Below are positions 17,974 through 27,788 of a stretch of DNA of 64,000 nt, piece after piece. Every line of letters starts with the position of its first letter. Position 1 is the first letter of the stretch. Origin of the DNA: an uncultured Cytophagia bacterium. Lineage in GTDB: Bacteria > Zhuqueibacterota > Zhuqueibacteria > Residuimicrobiales > Residuimicrobiaceae. The position numbers and the translations under genes are program-made. Location of the stretch: contig CAYTCI010000004.1 in the NCBI GenBank assembly GCA_964436305.1, forward strand, positions 11,964-75,963, given 5' to 3'. The notes under the pieces are model-generated. The model made no database searches and was not told the DNA's origin. It saw only the letters and a program-made list of their open reading frames with translations.

Positions 17974-19830
17974 ATGAAGCACGCTGCGAGCCTGAAAGGC
18001 ACCTGCCGACTCCTGTTCCTCGCGACCTGCGCGCTGCTCGCCCTCTCCGCTGTACCGCTCGCGGGCCAGAGCACCACAGGCGAGGGCCTGCCGCTCACCC
18101 GACTCCGTTTTGCCGGCAACCAGCATTTCTCGGAGGGCGAACTGCGCGAGCAGCTCTTCCTCATTGCGCACACCGGGCTGGCACGGCTCGCCTTCTGGCG
18201 CAAACTTCCGGTCTACCACGAATCGATGATGCAGCGCGATCTGCGCGGCCTGCTGCGCTTCTATCAGCGCGAGGGATTCATCCAGGTGCACATCCTCCCC
18301 CGGGTCGAGGTAGTCGACGCCAATGCGGTGCACCTCACCTACCGCATCGCGGAGGGCACACGGGTTGCCGTCGAGGAGGTGCAGGTGCAACTGAGTGACT
18401 CGAGCGCGGCCGTCCTCGACATCTGGAAAAAAGCCAAAATCCGCTTGATCCCCCGCGGCAAGTCGGGCTACCGCGATGAGGCGGTGCAGGCGGACCTGAA
18501 GAACCTCACCGCTGTGTACGCCAATCAGGGCTACGCCTATGCCGAGGCGCGGGTCTCGCCCCGCCTCGGCGAGCAGGAGCGCTCGGTACGGCTCTTTTAT
18601 ACCCTCGATCCCGGCCCGCCCTGCCGCTTCGGCCCGATCTCAATCCAGGGCGACACCATCGTCTCGCCACACACCGTGATGCGGCAGCTCGCCCTCCGCC
18701 CCGGCAAACCCTACAGCCAGAAGAACCTGGAAAAGAGCCAGCGGCAGATCTACCAGCTCGGCATCTTTCAGTATGTCACGGTCAAGGCGGCGCTCGACTC
18801 GCAGCAAACGCCCCTTTTGCCCGTCAATATCCAGGTCAAGGCGGCCAAACCGTGGACGATCAAGGCCGGCATCGGGTATGGCTTTGAAGACCAGCTGCGC
18901 CTGGTCACCGATATCCGCAAGCTCAACTTCCTTCACGGCGCCCGGCGGCTCAACATCAATCTCAAGCACAGCCACCTCGAGCCCTACGCTCTCGATCTCA
19001 TCCTCACCCAGTCGGGCTTCCCGGCGCCCCAGACCAGCCTGGTGCTCAATCCCTTCTTCCTGCGCCAGGCCGAACCCGGCTTTACCGTCGACCGTACCGG
19101 CATCAATATCGCCCACCAGCAACGTTTCGCCACCTATACCGACGGTTCGCTGCGTTATACCCTGGAGCAGGATTATCTCAAGGTGAGCAGTCTGACGCGT
19201 AACCAGGCGCTGGACAGCAGCCGGATGGCGCTCTATCACAAATCCTATATTGCCCTTTCGCTGGCGCGGGACAACTCCCTGCCGCTCTTTTATCCCGAGC
19301 ATGGCCTCTACACAGCAGCGACCATCACCTGGGCCGGTGTAGGTTTTCGCAGCGATCTCCATTTTCTCAAGATCCTCGGCGAGGTGCGTCATTATACACG
19401 GGTCGGGCGGACCGCGGTGCTGGCGACGCGGATGAAGGCCGGCTCACTGCGTGCACTCGGCACCGACCGCTTCACCCCCATCGAGGAACGCTTTTATGCC
19501 GGCGGCTCCAATTCCGTGCGTGGTTGGGGCTACAGCGAACTCGGTCCCAAGAACAGCGCCGGTCACCCGGTCGGCGGCAACAGTCTGCTCGAGCTGGGCG
19601 CCGAACTCCGCCGTGATATCAGCAGCCTCTTGTCGAGCGTCCTTTTCCTCGACAGCGGCAATGTCTGGTCGCGGCTGCACGGCCATCGCCTTGATCAACT
19701 GCGCACTGCTGCCGGCTTCGGCCTGCGTTATCGCACCCCAATCGGGCCGATCCGTCTTGATTTCGGCTGGCCAGTCGGCCGGGGCCGCAACCGGGTCCAG
19801 ATGCATCTCAGCGTCGGACAGGCCTTTTAG
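17974..19830 (+). CDS. tamA: Omp85-family outer-membrane protein, TamA/BamA-like (POTRA plus beta-barrel)
   Basis: The signal peptide is MKHAASLKGTCRLLFLATCALLALSAVPLAGQ. A POTRA-like region is followed by barrel motifs (RFYAGGSNSVRGWGYSELGP, FLDSGNVW, GFGLRYRTPIGPIRLDFGW) and a C-terminal Phe. The exact start (17944 or 17974) is uncertain. It lies immediately upstream of tamB. Confidence 0.8.
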   Translation: MKHAASLKGTCRLLFLATCALLALSAVPLAGQSTTGEGLPLTRLRFAGNQHFSEGELREQLFLIAHTGLARLAFWRKLPVYHESMMQRDLRGLLRFYQREGFIQVHILPRVEVVDANAVHLTYRIAEGTRVAVEEVQVQLSDSSAAVLDIWKKAKIRLIPRGKSGYRDEAVQADLKNLTAVYANQGYAYAEARVSPRLGEQERSVRLFYTLDPGPPCRFGPISIQGDTIVSPHTVMRQLALRPGKPYSQKNLEKSQRQIYQLGIFQYVTVKAALDSQQTPLLPVNIQVKAAKPWTIKAGIGYGFEDQLRLVTDIRKLNFLHGARRLNINLKHSHLEPYALDLILTQSGFPAPQTSLVLNPFFLRQAEPGFTVDRTGINIAHQQRFATYTDGSLRYTLEQDYLKVSSLTRNQALDSSRMALYHKSYIALSLARDNSLPLFYPEHGLYTAATITWAGVGFRSDLHFLKILGEVRHYTRVGRTAVLATRMKAGSLRALGTDRFTPIEERFYAGGSNSVRGWGYSELGPKNSAGHPVGGNSLLELGAELRRDISSLLSSVLFLDSGNVWSRLHGHRLDQLRTAAGFGLRYRTPIGPIRLDFGWPVGRGRNRVQMHLSVGQAF

Positions 19831-19839
19831 GAGGATCGC

Positions 19840-22800
19840 GTGCGTCTCTTCTTTAAAATCGTCGCCGGACTCCTCCTGCTGCTCTTCGTGGCCGCCGCCG
19901 GCATCCTGACCATCCTCTATCGGCGCGGCGATCTCCATCGCCAGGTCCAGTCGGCGCTGAGCCAGATTTTAGCCGAAACTCTCAATGCCCGGATCGAGAT
20001 CGGCCGCTGCGACGGCTCCCTCCTGCATACCCTGGAGATCGAATCGGTCCGCCTCTTCCAGGAGGCCGACACTCTGGCGCAGATCGATACCCTGCGTTGT
20101 CACTGGCAGCCCATCAGTTTGATCTGGGGCGAAATCACCCTCGACCGGATCGAGGTCAGCGGTCTGCGCCTCTCCCTGCACCAGTTCGCCGACCGGAGCT
20201 GGAATTACCAGCGTTATTTCAAGACGTCGTCCGACAGCAGCCGTTCGCCCTGGATCCTCCGGCTCCGGAGCCTGCAGCTGCGCGCTGCCGAGGTCTCGCT
20301 GTGCTCCGCCGCTGGCGGCTTTCCGCCGCTACAGATCGACATTCCCTCTCTTGCCGGCGCGGGGCGGCTCAGCAGCCGGGGCTGGCAGGTCGAACTGGCG
20401 GACGCCCGTCTCGCGTTCACTCCCCCTGGTCTCACCATTCCGGCCCTCGAAGCACGGGCCCGGGGCGGTGAGCGTTTTCTCGAGCTGGAGAGTCTCCGGC
20501 TGGCCACGCCGGACTCGCGGCTGCGCGGCCGGCTCAGGGCGCACCTCGGCCATGCTCCCCTTTTCGCCGCGGACCTGCGCCTTGATTCCCTCGCCGCAAC
20601 CGACCTCAGCCCCCTCACCGGCTGGAGGCCACCCTTTGCCCGGGCCCGGATCGAATTGACAGCCTCCGGCCGGCCCGACTCGATCAGCCTCGACCTGCGC
20701 GCCGGCGCACAACAAGGCCAGCTGCACCTGCAAGGCTGGGTCAAACCCGCCGGGATGGCGGCGGGCCGCCTCGAACTGACCGCGCTGGAGACCGATTCGC
20801 TGCTGGATCTGCCCGGCCGCCTGGACGCAGATCTCACCTTCTCCGGCGCCGGTTTTTCCACCGCCCATGGCCGCTGGCAAGCCAGCGGCGCGCTCTCCCA
20901 CAGTCTGCTCAGCCGCCATGGCCTCGGCATGGTTCCCCTGTCGGCCACGCTGGCGGAGAGCCTGGTAACCCTCCAGCTGGAGAGCGCCGGTGCTGCCGGT
21001 AGCCTGCAGGCCGCCGCCGCCCTCGATCTTGGCGCCCGGCCGCACTACGATCTCACCCTGGCAGCCGAGGGGCTCGATCTGGCCCCCCTTACCGCTGCGC
21101 CCGCCCTGGCCAGCCGCCTCCGTCTCCATCTCCACCTCGCCGGTCAGGGCTTCGATCCCGCAGCCGCACCGGCGCAGCTGCAGCTCGCCGCCGGCTCCTC
21201 CACCCTGGCCGGCTTCGCGCTCGACACGCTTTATGCGGCCGGAGGGGCCACGCTCGGCGGTGTACGCCTGGATACCCTCCGGATCGCCGCTCCGGGTTTG
21301 CATGGCCAGGGCAGCGGCCGCTGGGACTGGAACGGCCCGCTCGATCTGACCTGTGCGCTGCAACTCAAAAACCATCGCAGCCTGGCCCCGCTGCTGGGTG
21401 CTGACTCCCTCCGCCTCAATGGCCTGCTGCAGGGGCGGCTCGCCGGGCCGCCCGATTCCCTCACCTTTGAAGCCACCGCCCGCCTGCAGGACAGCCGCTT
21501 CAATACCCTGCGCTTTAGTGAGATCCACGCCGCTCTCGCAGGCACACGCGCCTCCCGCTTGAAAGCATCGCTCGGACTGACCGCCGGCGCCATCGCCGCG
21601 GGTAGCGCCCTGCACGCTGATTCGCTTGCGCTCCACGCCGACTATGACGGGCGGCAGCTTGCCGCCCAGAGCCGCCTGGTCTTCAATGACAGCCTGCGCG
21701 CTGCCGTGGCGCTCAGAGCCGACGATCAGGATTCGCTCTGGCAGGTCAGCCTGCAGCGGCTGGAGCTGCAGCAGCGCGACCAGCTCTGGCATCTGGAGGG
21801 GCCGCTCCCGCGGCTGACCCTGCAGCCGGCCGGGTTCAGGCTCGCTGATTTCGCCCTGGTGCAGGGGCGCCAGCGCCTCGAGATGAACGGCAGCCTGGGT
21901 CTGGCCGACAGCCTCGCCTTTCGCGTCGACCTGGAGAACCTCGATCTCGCCGCCCTGGCGCCGTGGTTCCCGCCTATCCCCGGCATGACCGGCGCCATGA
22001 CCTGGCGCGCCGACCTCACCGGCCTCGCCGCCAGGCCCTGCATCGTCTCCTCACTGCAGGTCGACGATATCCAGCTGGCCGGCCTGCCCGCCACCAGCCT
22101 GCAGGTCAGCGGCCGGCTGGAGGAGGCCCGGCTGACCTGGGAAGGCTCGCTGAACCAGGGTCCTGAAAACAGCGCCCACTTTGGCGGCACGCTGCCCCTG
22201 CGCCTTCGCTGGCCCCTGCCGCACCCCCTGATCGAGGACGACGATCCGGTCGACCTCTCGCTGCGGACCCGCGACCTCAAGGCCGGCATTCTCGCCGCCT
22301 TCATCCCCGGTCTCGACATCAGCGGCACCCTCAGCGGTGACCTGACCATCGGCAAGAACTGGGGCGATCCCCAGCCGGGCGGCTACCTCGAGTGGCGCAA
22401 CGGCACCTTCCTCGCCCCGTTCCTCGGCAAACCCTACAAACCCGTCACCGCCCGCCTCGAACTGGCGCCGCCACTCCTGTTGCTCCAGAACCTGCGCGCC
22501 ACCGGCGGCGAGGGTCAACTCAACGGTGAGGGCTCCTGGCGTTTCACCCTCGACCGCGGCCATCTCTCCTTCCAGGAGATGCAGCTGCGCCTCAAGGCGG
22601 ATCATTTTACCGCCGCGGAGAGCCCTGAACTCACCCTCGTCCTCGACGGCACCCTGACGCTGACCGACCAGCTGACACGCCCCAAGCTCAACGGCGCTCT
22701 GCGCGTCGAACGCGCCCGTATCGATCTGGCCGCTTTCACCGAGACCCCCTCCACCCTCTTCCAGGCCGACCTGCCGCTGCTGCTGGTGGCGCGCGGCGAT

Positions 22801-23628
22801 ACCAGCCGGCAGAGCTATGACCGCAAGGCCCTCCTGCCCGCCTGGCTGCCGGTGGTCGAGCGCAGCCGCGGCTCCATCAAGCTCGAGATCCCCCGCAACA
22901 CCTGGCTGCGCACCCCGGAAATGAACTTCGAGATCTCTGGCGATCTCGATCTCGCCAAGGAAGGCGAGGATTTCGGCCTCTTCGGCGCCATCCAGATCGT
23001 CCGCGGCAATTATGACCTCTTCAGCCGCCGTTTCGACATCGAGGAGGGCACCCTCACCTTCGCCGGCGGTGACAACCTGCCGGAGATGTCTCTCAAGGCG
23101 GAGCATGTTTTCCGCAGCCAGGACAAGATCAAACATACTCTTGGCTTCACCGCCACCGGCGAGCTGCGCAAGCCCACCTTCGCCTTTACTCTCGACGAGG
23201 CGACCATCACCGAGTCCGATGCCGTTTCGTACCTCGCCTTCGGCCGCAGCTTCGGTGATCTGACCCACGGCGAAAAGAATGATCTGGTGCAGAATCAGCT
23301 GCAGATGAGCGGCGATGCCTTCAAACAGCTGCTGGCCGGGCAGATCGCCGGAGAGGTGACCCGTTCGCTCCAGCAAAAGCTGGATCTTGACGTCATTGAG
23401 TTCCGCGGCGACCAGAACTGGCGGCAATCGACGGTGGTGGTGGGCAAATACCTCACCAACGACCTCTATCTGAGCTACGAGCGCCCGATCAACCTGGGGC
23501 GGACCAATGAAGTGGCGCCCGAACAGGTGACCCTGGAATACGAGATCCTGCGCTCGCTCTTTCTGCAGGCCATCCGCGGTGATGAAAAAAATACCGGATT
23601 TGATCTGATCTACAAGTGGGAGAAATAG
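19840..23628 (+). CDS. tamB: Translocation and assembly module protein TamB (DUF490 C-terminus)
   Basis: The start is GTG, with an AGGAGG RBS. The product is 1262 aa, with an N-terminal TM anchor (LLLLLFVAAAGILTILY). A C-terminal DUF490-like segment is present (RGNYDLFSRRFDIEEGTLTFAGG...LYLSYERPI...LEYEI). Confidence 0.8.
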   Translation: MRLFFKIVAGLLLLLFVAAAGILTILYRRGDLHRQVQSALSQILAETLNARIEIGRCDGSLLHTLEIESVRLFQEADTLAQIDTLRCHWQPISLIWGEITLDRIEVSGLRLSLHQFADRSWNYQRYFKTSSDSSRSPWILRLRSLQLRAAEVSLCSAAGGFPPLQIDIPSLAGAGRLSSRGWQVELADARLAFTPPGLTIPALEARARGGERFLELESLRLATPDSRLRGRLRAHLGHAPLFAADLRLDSLAATDLSPLTGWRPPFARARIELTASGRPDSISLDLRAGAQQGQLHLQGWVKPAGMAAGRLELTALETDSLLDLPGRLDADLTFSGAGFSTAHGRWQASGALSHSLLSRHGLGMVPLSATLAESLVTLQLESAGAAGSLQAAAALDLGARPHYDLTLAAEGLDLAPLTAAPALASRLRLHLHLAGQGFDPAAAPAQLQLAAGSSTLAGFALDTLYAAGGATLGGVRLDTLRIAAPGLHGQGSGRWDWNGPLDLTCALQLKNHRSLAPLLGADSLRLNGLLQGRLAGPPDSLTFEATARLQDSRFNTLRFSEIHAALAGTRASRLKASLGLTAGAIAAGSALHADSLALHADYDGRQLAAQSRLVFNDSLRAAVALRADDQDSLWQVSLQRLELQQRDQLWHLEGPLPRLTLQPAGFRLADFALVQGRQRLEMNGSLGLADSLAFRVDLENLDLAALAPWFPPIPGMTGAMTWRADLTGLAARPCIVSSLQVDDIQLAGLPATSLQVSGRLEEARLTWEGSLNQGPENSAHFGGTLPLRLRWPLPHPLIEDDDPVDLSLRTRDLKAGILAAFIPGLDISGTLSGDLTIGKNWGDPQPGGYLEWRNGTFLAPFLGKPYKPVTARLELAPPLLLLQNLRATGGEGQLNGEGSWRFTLDRGHLSFQEMQLRLKADHFTAAESPELTLVLDGTLTLTDQLTRPKLNGALRVERARIDLAAFTETPSTLFQADLPLLLVARGDTSRQSYDRKALLPAWLPVVERSRGSIKLEIPRNTWLRTPEMNFEISGDLDLAKEGEDFGLFGAIQIVRGNYDLFSRRFDIEEGTLTFAGGDNLPEMSLKAEHVFRSQDKIKHTLGFTATGELRKPTFAFTLDEATITESDAVSYLAFGRSFGDLTHGEKNDLVQNQLQMSGDAFKQLLAGQIAGEVTRSLQQKLDLDVIEFRGDQNWRQSTVVVGKYLTNDLYLSYERPINLGRTNEVAPEQVTLEYEILRSLFLQAIRGDEKNTGFDLIYKWEK

Positions 23629-23685
23629 CAGCCCGCTCCGCAAGCGCACGGCCTGCGGCGGCGGGCTCATTAGAATCGAGGCGAG

Positions 23686-24513
23686 TTACCGGGAAGAGGG
23701 GAGGAAGAGGGCCATCTGCAGTTTGACCGGGATGGCACGATAGATCGCCTTGGCATCCTCACGTGAAACCGCCAGCTGAATCCACAATTTGTGCTCGGGC
23801 ACTTTTTTGGCCTTGAGGTTTTTCAGGGTCGCCCGTGCCTCCGCAAAGATCCGCTCCATATCAAAAGCGAATTTCTTCTTGAACTCTCCGGTGTTACTGG
23901 GGGGCTGTTCCTGCTCGATGCGCACCGTCAGGTTGCGGTTGAACTGCAGCGTGAAATGGACGTCGTTGTTCTCGATCGGGATCTCCTGGCCCGCCATCGC
24001 CTCGGCCTCGACGGTATCCTTGGGCGCATCCATGATCCGGATAGGCGATTTGGGAATGGTCGCTGTCTGGCTCAACAGCTGGAAGGGCGGGAAAAGCCAG
24101 GTGTGCAGCGAGTCGCGGCGGGCGACATGGGGAATGGCCTGACTCATCGAGTAGGAGCTGATTCGACACCGGCGCACCGGCACCCCCTTGATCAGCAGAT
24201 CGACCAGGCTGTCACGCAGGTCGATGGTGATCATGATCGAATCCTTCTTGGAGAGCTCGAGGAGGAGGTCGGCGTAGGTGTCCTCCAGACGCAGGGAGTC
24301 CATGGCATCGGCCATGGCGCGCGTGGGGGCGGCACCGCCGGAATAGGGCGTGCTGGCTGCGCCATTGCGGCCGTGGAAGGAAGTGGCGTCGGTCACCTTC
24401 ATCACCGGCAGGATAACCAGCGGCAGGGCGACCATCAGCACCGGCGCCAGCAAAAAGAAGAGAAAGACCAGTTGGGCTGGCAGACGATTTTTAAAAAAAG
24501 GCAGAAGGTTCAA
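23686..24513 (-). CDS. Hypothetical protein with N-terminal TM anchor
   Basis: This is in the ORF 23686..24645 frame. The upstream 130 nt would overlap the neighbouring L,D-transpeptidase gene. A TTG at 24513 opens a hydrophobic anchor (NLLPFFKNRLPAQLVFLFFLLAPVLMVALPLVILPV). The start is uncertain. Confidence 0.4.
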   Translation of the reverse strand: MNLLPFFKNRLPAQLVFLFFLLAPVLMVALPLVILPVMKVTDATSFHGRNGAASTPYSGGAAPTRAMADAMDSLRLEDTYADLLLELSKKDSIMITIDLRDSLVDLLIKGVPVRRCRISSYSMSQAIPHVARRDSLHTWLFPPFQLLSQTATIPKSPIRIMDAPKDTVEAEAMAGQEIPIENNDVHFTLQFNRNLTVRIEQEQPPSNTGEFKKKFAFDMERIFAEARATLKNLKAKKVPEHKLWIQLAVSREDAKAIYRAIPVKLQMALFLPSSR

Positions 24514-24562
24514 GTGAGCACTCTCGCTAAAATGGATCGGTAAGCTGCTGGGCAAGCCGGTT

Positions 24563-25333
24563 CTAGTAAATGAAGACCTTGGAGCCGGTATCCATGTTTT
24601 TTGCGACGACCTCCAGATCCTCATCCCCCAAGCGCACGCAGCCATGGGTGACCGGCATGCCCAGGAACCGTTTGTAGAGGGTGCCGTGGATCAGATAGCC
24701 CTGGCCCAGTGCGAGCGCATATTCGCCCAGAACCCCCGATTCATAACGCAAGGGGGAGTCGCGCGGCGGGATCGGCCGCCCCTCCTCGACAAACGCCCAG
24801 TCCGGCATATACCAGACCGGCCGGCGCATCTTGTTGAGCACGCGGAACTGCCCGCGCGGGGTGCGGAAGATCCACTGTTTGTTACGGCTGGCGCGCAAAA
24901 GGACATAACTTCCCGTCGAGCAGACTCCTTTATGCAACAGCTCCCGGTTTTGCATCAGAAAGATCTGGTTGCCCGAGGTATCGATGATCAGCCAGGGGTC
25001 CCGGGGGATGAAGGCATCGATCTTTTTTTGTTTGGCCTGAACCGCGCGGGAGAGCGCCAGCAGTTCCCGCTGGTAGAGCTCGGGATCGGCGGCGCTGTCG
25101 ATCCGCACCGCATTTTCCCTGGGCGCCAGACGAAAGAGGAGATCGCGGAGATTGGGGGCATAAAGAAAGACGAAAAAGGCGGCGATCAGGCCGAAAAAGA
25201 GGCCGAAAAAGAGGGCGAGACCGATCTTCTTTTCGGTTTTAATGGGATCGTAGTCGTCGAAATCGGGCTGCGGTCCGGATTGGGCCCCGGATCGGGGCTG
25301 GGGACGAAAGTCCCGGCGAACGGCGCGTTTCAT
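24563..25333 (-). CDS. L,D-transpeptidase (YkuD) family protein
   Basis: The catalytic-domain motif YLIHGTLYKRFLGMPVTHGCVRL is present, with an N-terminal TM segment. Confidence 0.75.
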   Translation of the reverse strand: MKRAVRRDFRPQPRSGAQSGPQPDFDDYDPIKTEKKIGLALFFGLFFGLIAAFFVFLYAPNLRDLLFRLAPRENAVRIDSAADPELYQRELLALSRAVQAKQKKIDAFIPRDPWLIIDTSGNQIFLMQNRELLHKGVCSTGSYVLLRASRNKQWIFRTPRGQFRVLNKMRRPVWYMPDWAFVEEGRPIPPRDSPLRYESGVLGEYALALGQGYLIHGTLYKRFLGMPVTHGCVRLGDEDLEVVAKNMDTGSKVFIY

Positions 25334-25414
25334 GGGATTCTACATCACCTGAACGAATGAACGGATATGGGCTGCAAGCGAGCCCTGTCTGGAGCGTCTG
25401 AGCTGGCTCCGGAA

Positions 25415-26611
25415 TTACCTGGCGGCACTCTGACCCTTGCCGTCGGGGGCCTGGGCGTTGTCCAGACCGGTGGTGCTGATGCTGCGCAGGGAGCCGACGA
25501 TGGTGATCGGCGTGCCCTCCTCGACCATATTGTAGAGGCTGTCCATGTCGCGATTGCGCAAGGCCACACAGCCGGCGGTCCAGTTGGCCCCCTTGCCGCC
25601 GTCGCCATGGACCTCGATCAGGCCGCCGATGCCGGCGCTGCGGGCGATCTCGCCGCGGGCCTTGGCGGCATTGAATTGGGCAATATCCTCGGCGTTGGGG
25701 TAATCGATTTCAAGCGCCTTGTAATAAGCGGTGCGATGCCCCGATTTCTTGCGTTTTACGCGATAAAGGCCTTCCGGCGTGGCCCCGTCACCGCGCTGGC
25801 GTTTGTGGCCGAGCCAGTTGGGGCCCAACTCGACGGGATATTCGGCGGTCTTGGTGCCCTTGCGATAGACCTGGCAGCGGTGGGCCAGCTTGTCGACCAG
25901 GATGACCACGCTGCTGTTTTCGATCGACCAGCGCAGGGTCTGCTGCACCCATCTGCGCCATTTGGGCACATTGACAAAGTAGCCATTGAGGATCTGGGTG
26001 ACCTCATCGCCGGCGCTACCGATATTCTTGGCAGCCACCTGATAGCGGGCGACCGCGCGGCGATAGTCCCCGCGTTTGAAGGCGGCTTCGCTCTCCATGA
26101 TCGCCAGTTCGCTGAAGGTGATGGTCTGGCGCACATGCGAGTCCATCGGCATGTCGAGAAACTGGGCGCGAATGTCGGCGACCCGTTTACGGGTCAGGTT
26201 GATGCCGGTCGCTGCAACCCAGCGCAGCGAATCGCGCAGGGTCGTGGCACGCATCGTCGCGATTTCGGCCATGTCGTTGGCCTTTTGCGTCATGGCAGTG
26301 GCGCGGCTGAAATCGCGGCGAAGCATCCAGCGCTGGTTCTCCGCAGCCCAAAGCAGACGGGCCTGTTCAAGATAGCTTTCGGCCATGCGCAGCTGGTCAG
26401 GGGCATAGACCGCTGCCTGCAGTTGACGGGCCTGGCTGACCGCCCGGCTGGCGTCGTCAAAACGCGCCACCGGTGGCTTGTTCGATAGTTCGATGATCAA
26501 GCTGACCGCGCCCAGAATGAGCGCCAGAACAAGGTTGATGATCAGGAACCAGTTTCTTTTGGGGGAAGTGGACTCGGCTGGTCTGGCGTATCGGCTGTAA
26601 TCAAACGGCAT
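25415..26611 (-). CDS. L,D-transpeptidase family protein with N-terminal TM and helical (DUF4398-like) region
   Basis: It carries the YkuD motif (GLIEVHGDGGKGANWTAGCVALRNRDMDSL), an N-terminal TM and an APDQLRMAESYLEQARLL helical region. Confidence 0.75.
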   Translation of the reverse strand: MPFDYSRYARPAESTSPKRNWFLIINLVLALILGAVSLIIELSNKPPVARFDDASRAVSQARQLQAAVYAPDQLRMAESYLEQARLLWAAENQRWMLRRDFSRATAMTQKANDMAEIATMRATTLRDSLRWVAATGINLTRKRVADIRAQFLDMPMDSHVRQTITFSELAIMESEAAFKRGDYRRAVARYQVAAKNIGSAGDEVTQILNGYFVNVPKWRRWVQQTLRWSIENSSVVILVDKLAHRCQVYRKGTKTAEYPVELGPNWLGHKRQRGDGATPEGLYRVKRKKSGHRTAYYKALEIDYPNAEDIAQFNAAKARGEIARSAGIGGLIEVHGDGGKGANWTAGCVALRNRDMDSLYNMVEEGTPITIVGSLRSISTTGLDNAQAPDGKGQSAAR

Positions 26612-26768
26612 GCTTCACTCAACTCTATGCAACGGATGGCTTGTGCTGGACGACAGTGGCGGCGGCGCCCGCCAGGCACCGGCTGCTGTTAAAAAGAAAA
26701 CCTCAGCCCGCGAAGCGCTGCTTGCACGGACTGAGGTTTGAAATCAACACTCAGTGAAGAGCGAAGAC

Positions 26769-27371
26769 TTACTTGCCGAGCTTCTTGTCGATGGCGGCCT
26801 GAAGCTCTTCGGCCAGGCTGCCAAGTTTCTGCAGGTTGGCCTGGGCTTTGTCGCGCGCAGTCAGGAAATCGCCGTTGGTCATGGCGGTGTTGACTTCGGC
26901 AACGGAGGCTTCGACAGCAGCCAGATCGCTGTTGATGGCTTCGAGGGCAGCACGGCCTTCTTTACCGCGCGGGGCCTTCTTCATCAGCTTCTTGACATTC
27001 TCGACGGCCGGGGTGATCTGGGCCAGAATGCCTTCGGCTTCCTTCTTCACTTCTTCCTTCTTCACGGCGGCCTGGGCCACAGCATCATTGGCGCCGGTGG
27101 TCACTTTGGCAATGAGATCCTTCGCGCGCTTGAACGAGCGGAAGAGGGCGAACTTGGAGTTCTGCTTCTCGATCTCAGCCGTGGCAGCGGTCAGGGAATC
27201 CTTGGCCGCGTTGAAAAGCTCGGGGACGTAGCGATCGGCTTCAGCAGCCTTGGCAGCATCCAGAGCGGCTTTGGCGGCATCCAGTTCCTGCTGCGGAACC
27301 TTGGCGCAACCCAGCATCAGGGCCATCGCGAACACGACGACGAGCACAGTCACTAACGCTTTCACCTTCAT
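26769..27371 (-). CDS. DUF4398-like Ala/Lys-rich lipoprotein
   Basis: A GGAGG RBS sits 8 nt before ATG 27371. The signal peptide with lipobox is MKVKALVTVLVVVFAMALMLGC. A coiled-coil-like AAKAALDAAKAAEADRYVPELFNAAKDSL segment follows. Confidence 0.6.
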   Translation of the reverse strand: MKVKALVTVLVVVFAMALMLGCAKVPQQELDAAKAALDAAKAAEADRYVPELFNAAKDSLTAATAEIEKQNSKFALFRSFKRAKDLIAKVTTGANDAVAQAAVKKEEVKKEAEGILAQITPAVENVKKLMKKAPRGKEGRAALEAINSDLAAVEASVAEVNTAMTNGDFLTARDKAQANLQKLGSLAEELQAAIDKKLGK

Positions 27372-27788
27372 TCTAACAACCTCCTTAAATGGGTGTGTAA
27401 AATGGTGCACAGAAACCTTCCCTCTTTTAAACTTCTAACAATTTATGATATAATTTGCAAAAAAACAAGAGAAAATATCTTGCAGATGCTTTTTCTTGCC
27501 CGCCTGATCCCTCTCTCGCTGGAGATCAGGCCAGGCTCTTTGCAAACACCCAGGAAAGGTATGCACTCGCACCGCAGGCTTATACAAATCTGATGCCAAA
27601 CTTTTTTAACCCTTCGTTTTGTTGTTTATATTAATCTTACAGAAAGCACCACCGCGGCCTTGACGCTGCGCTTTTTCAGAATGAAAAAAAAGCAAATTTC
27701 GGAGGATTTTTCTTTCTCAATTTGATAATTGAGGAAAAATGTCGTAAATTTTATCTCTTAAAATGATAAACCCGGAGGAGCCCCCCTC

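Noticed and set aside
20329-23670. Two long minus-strand ORFs (487 aa and 539 aa)
   Set aside because: Both are antisense to tamB. Their composition is dominated by A/G/R/P codons produced by the GC3-rich sense frame.
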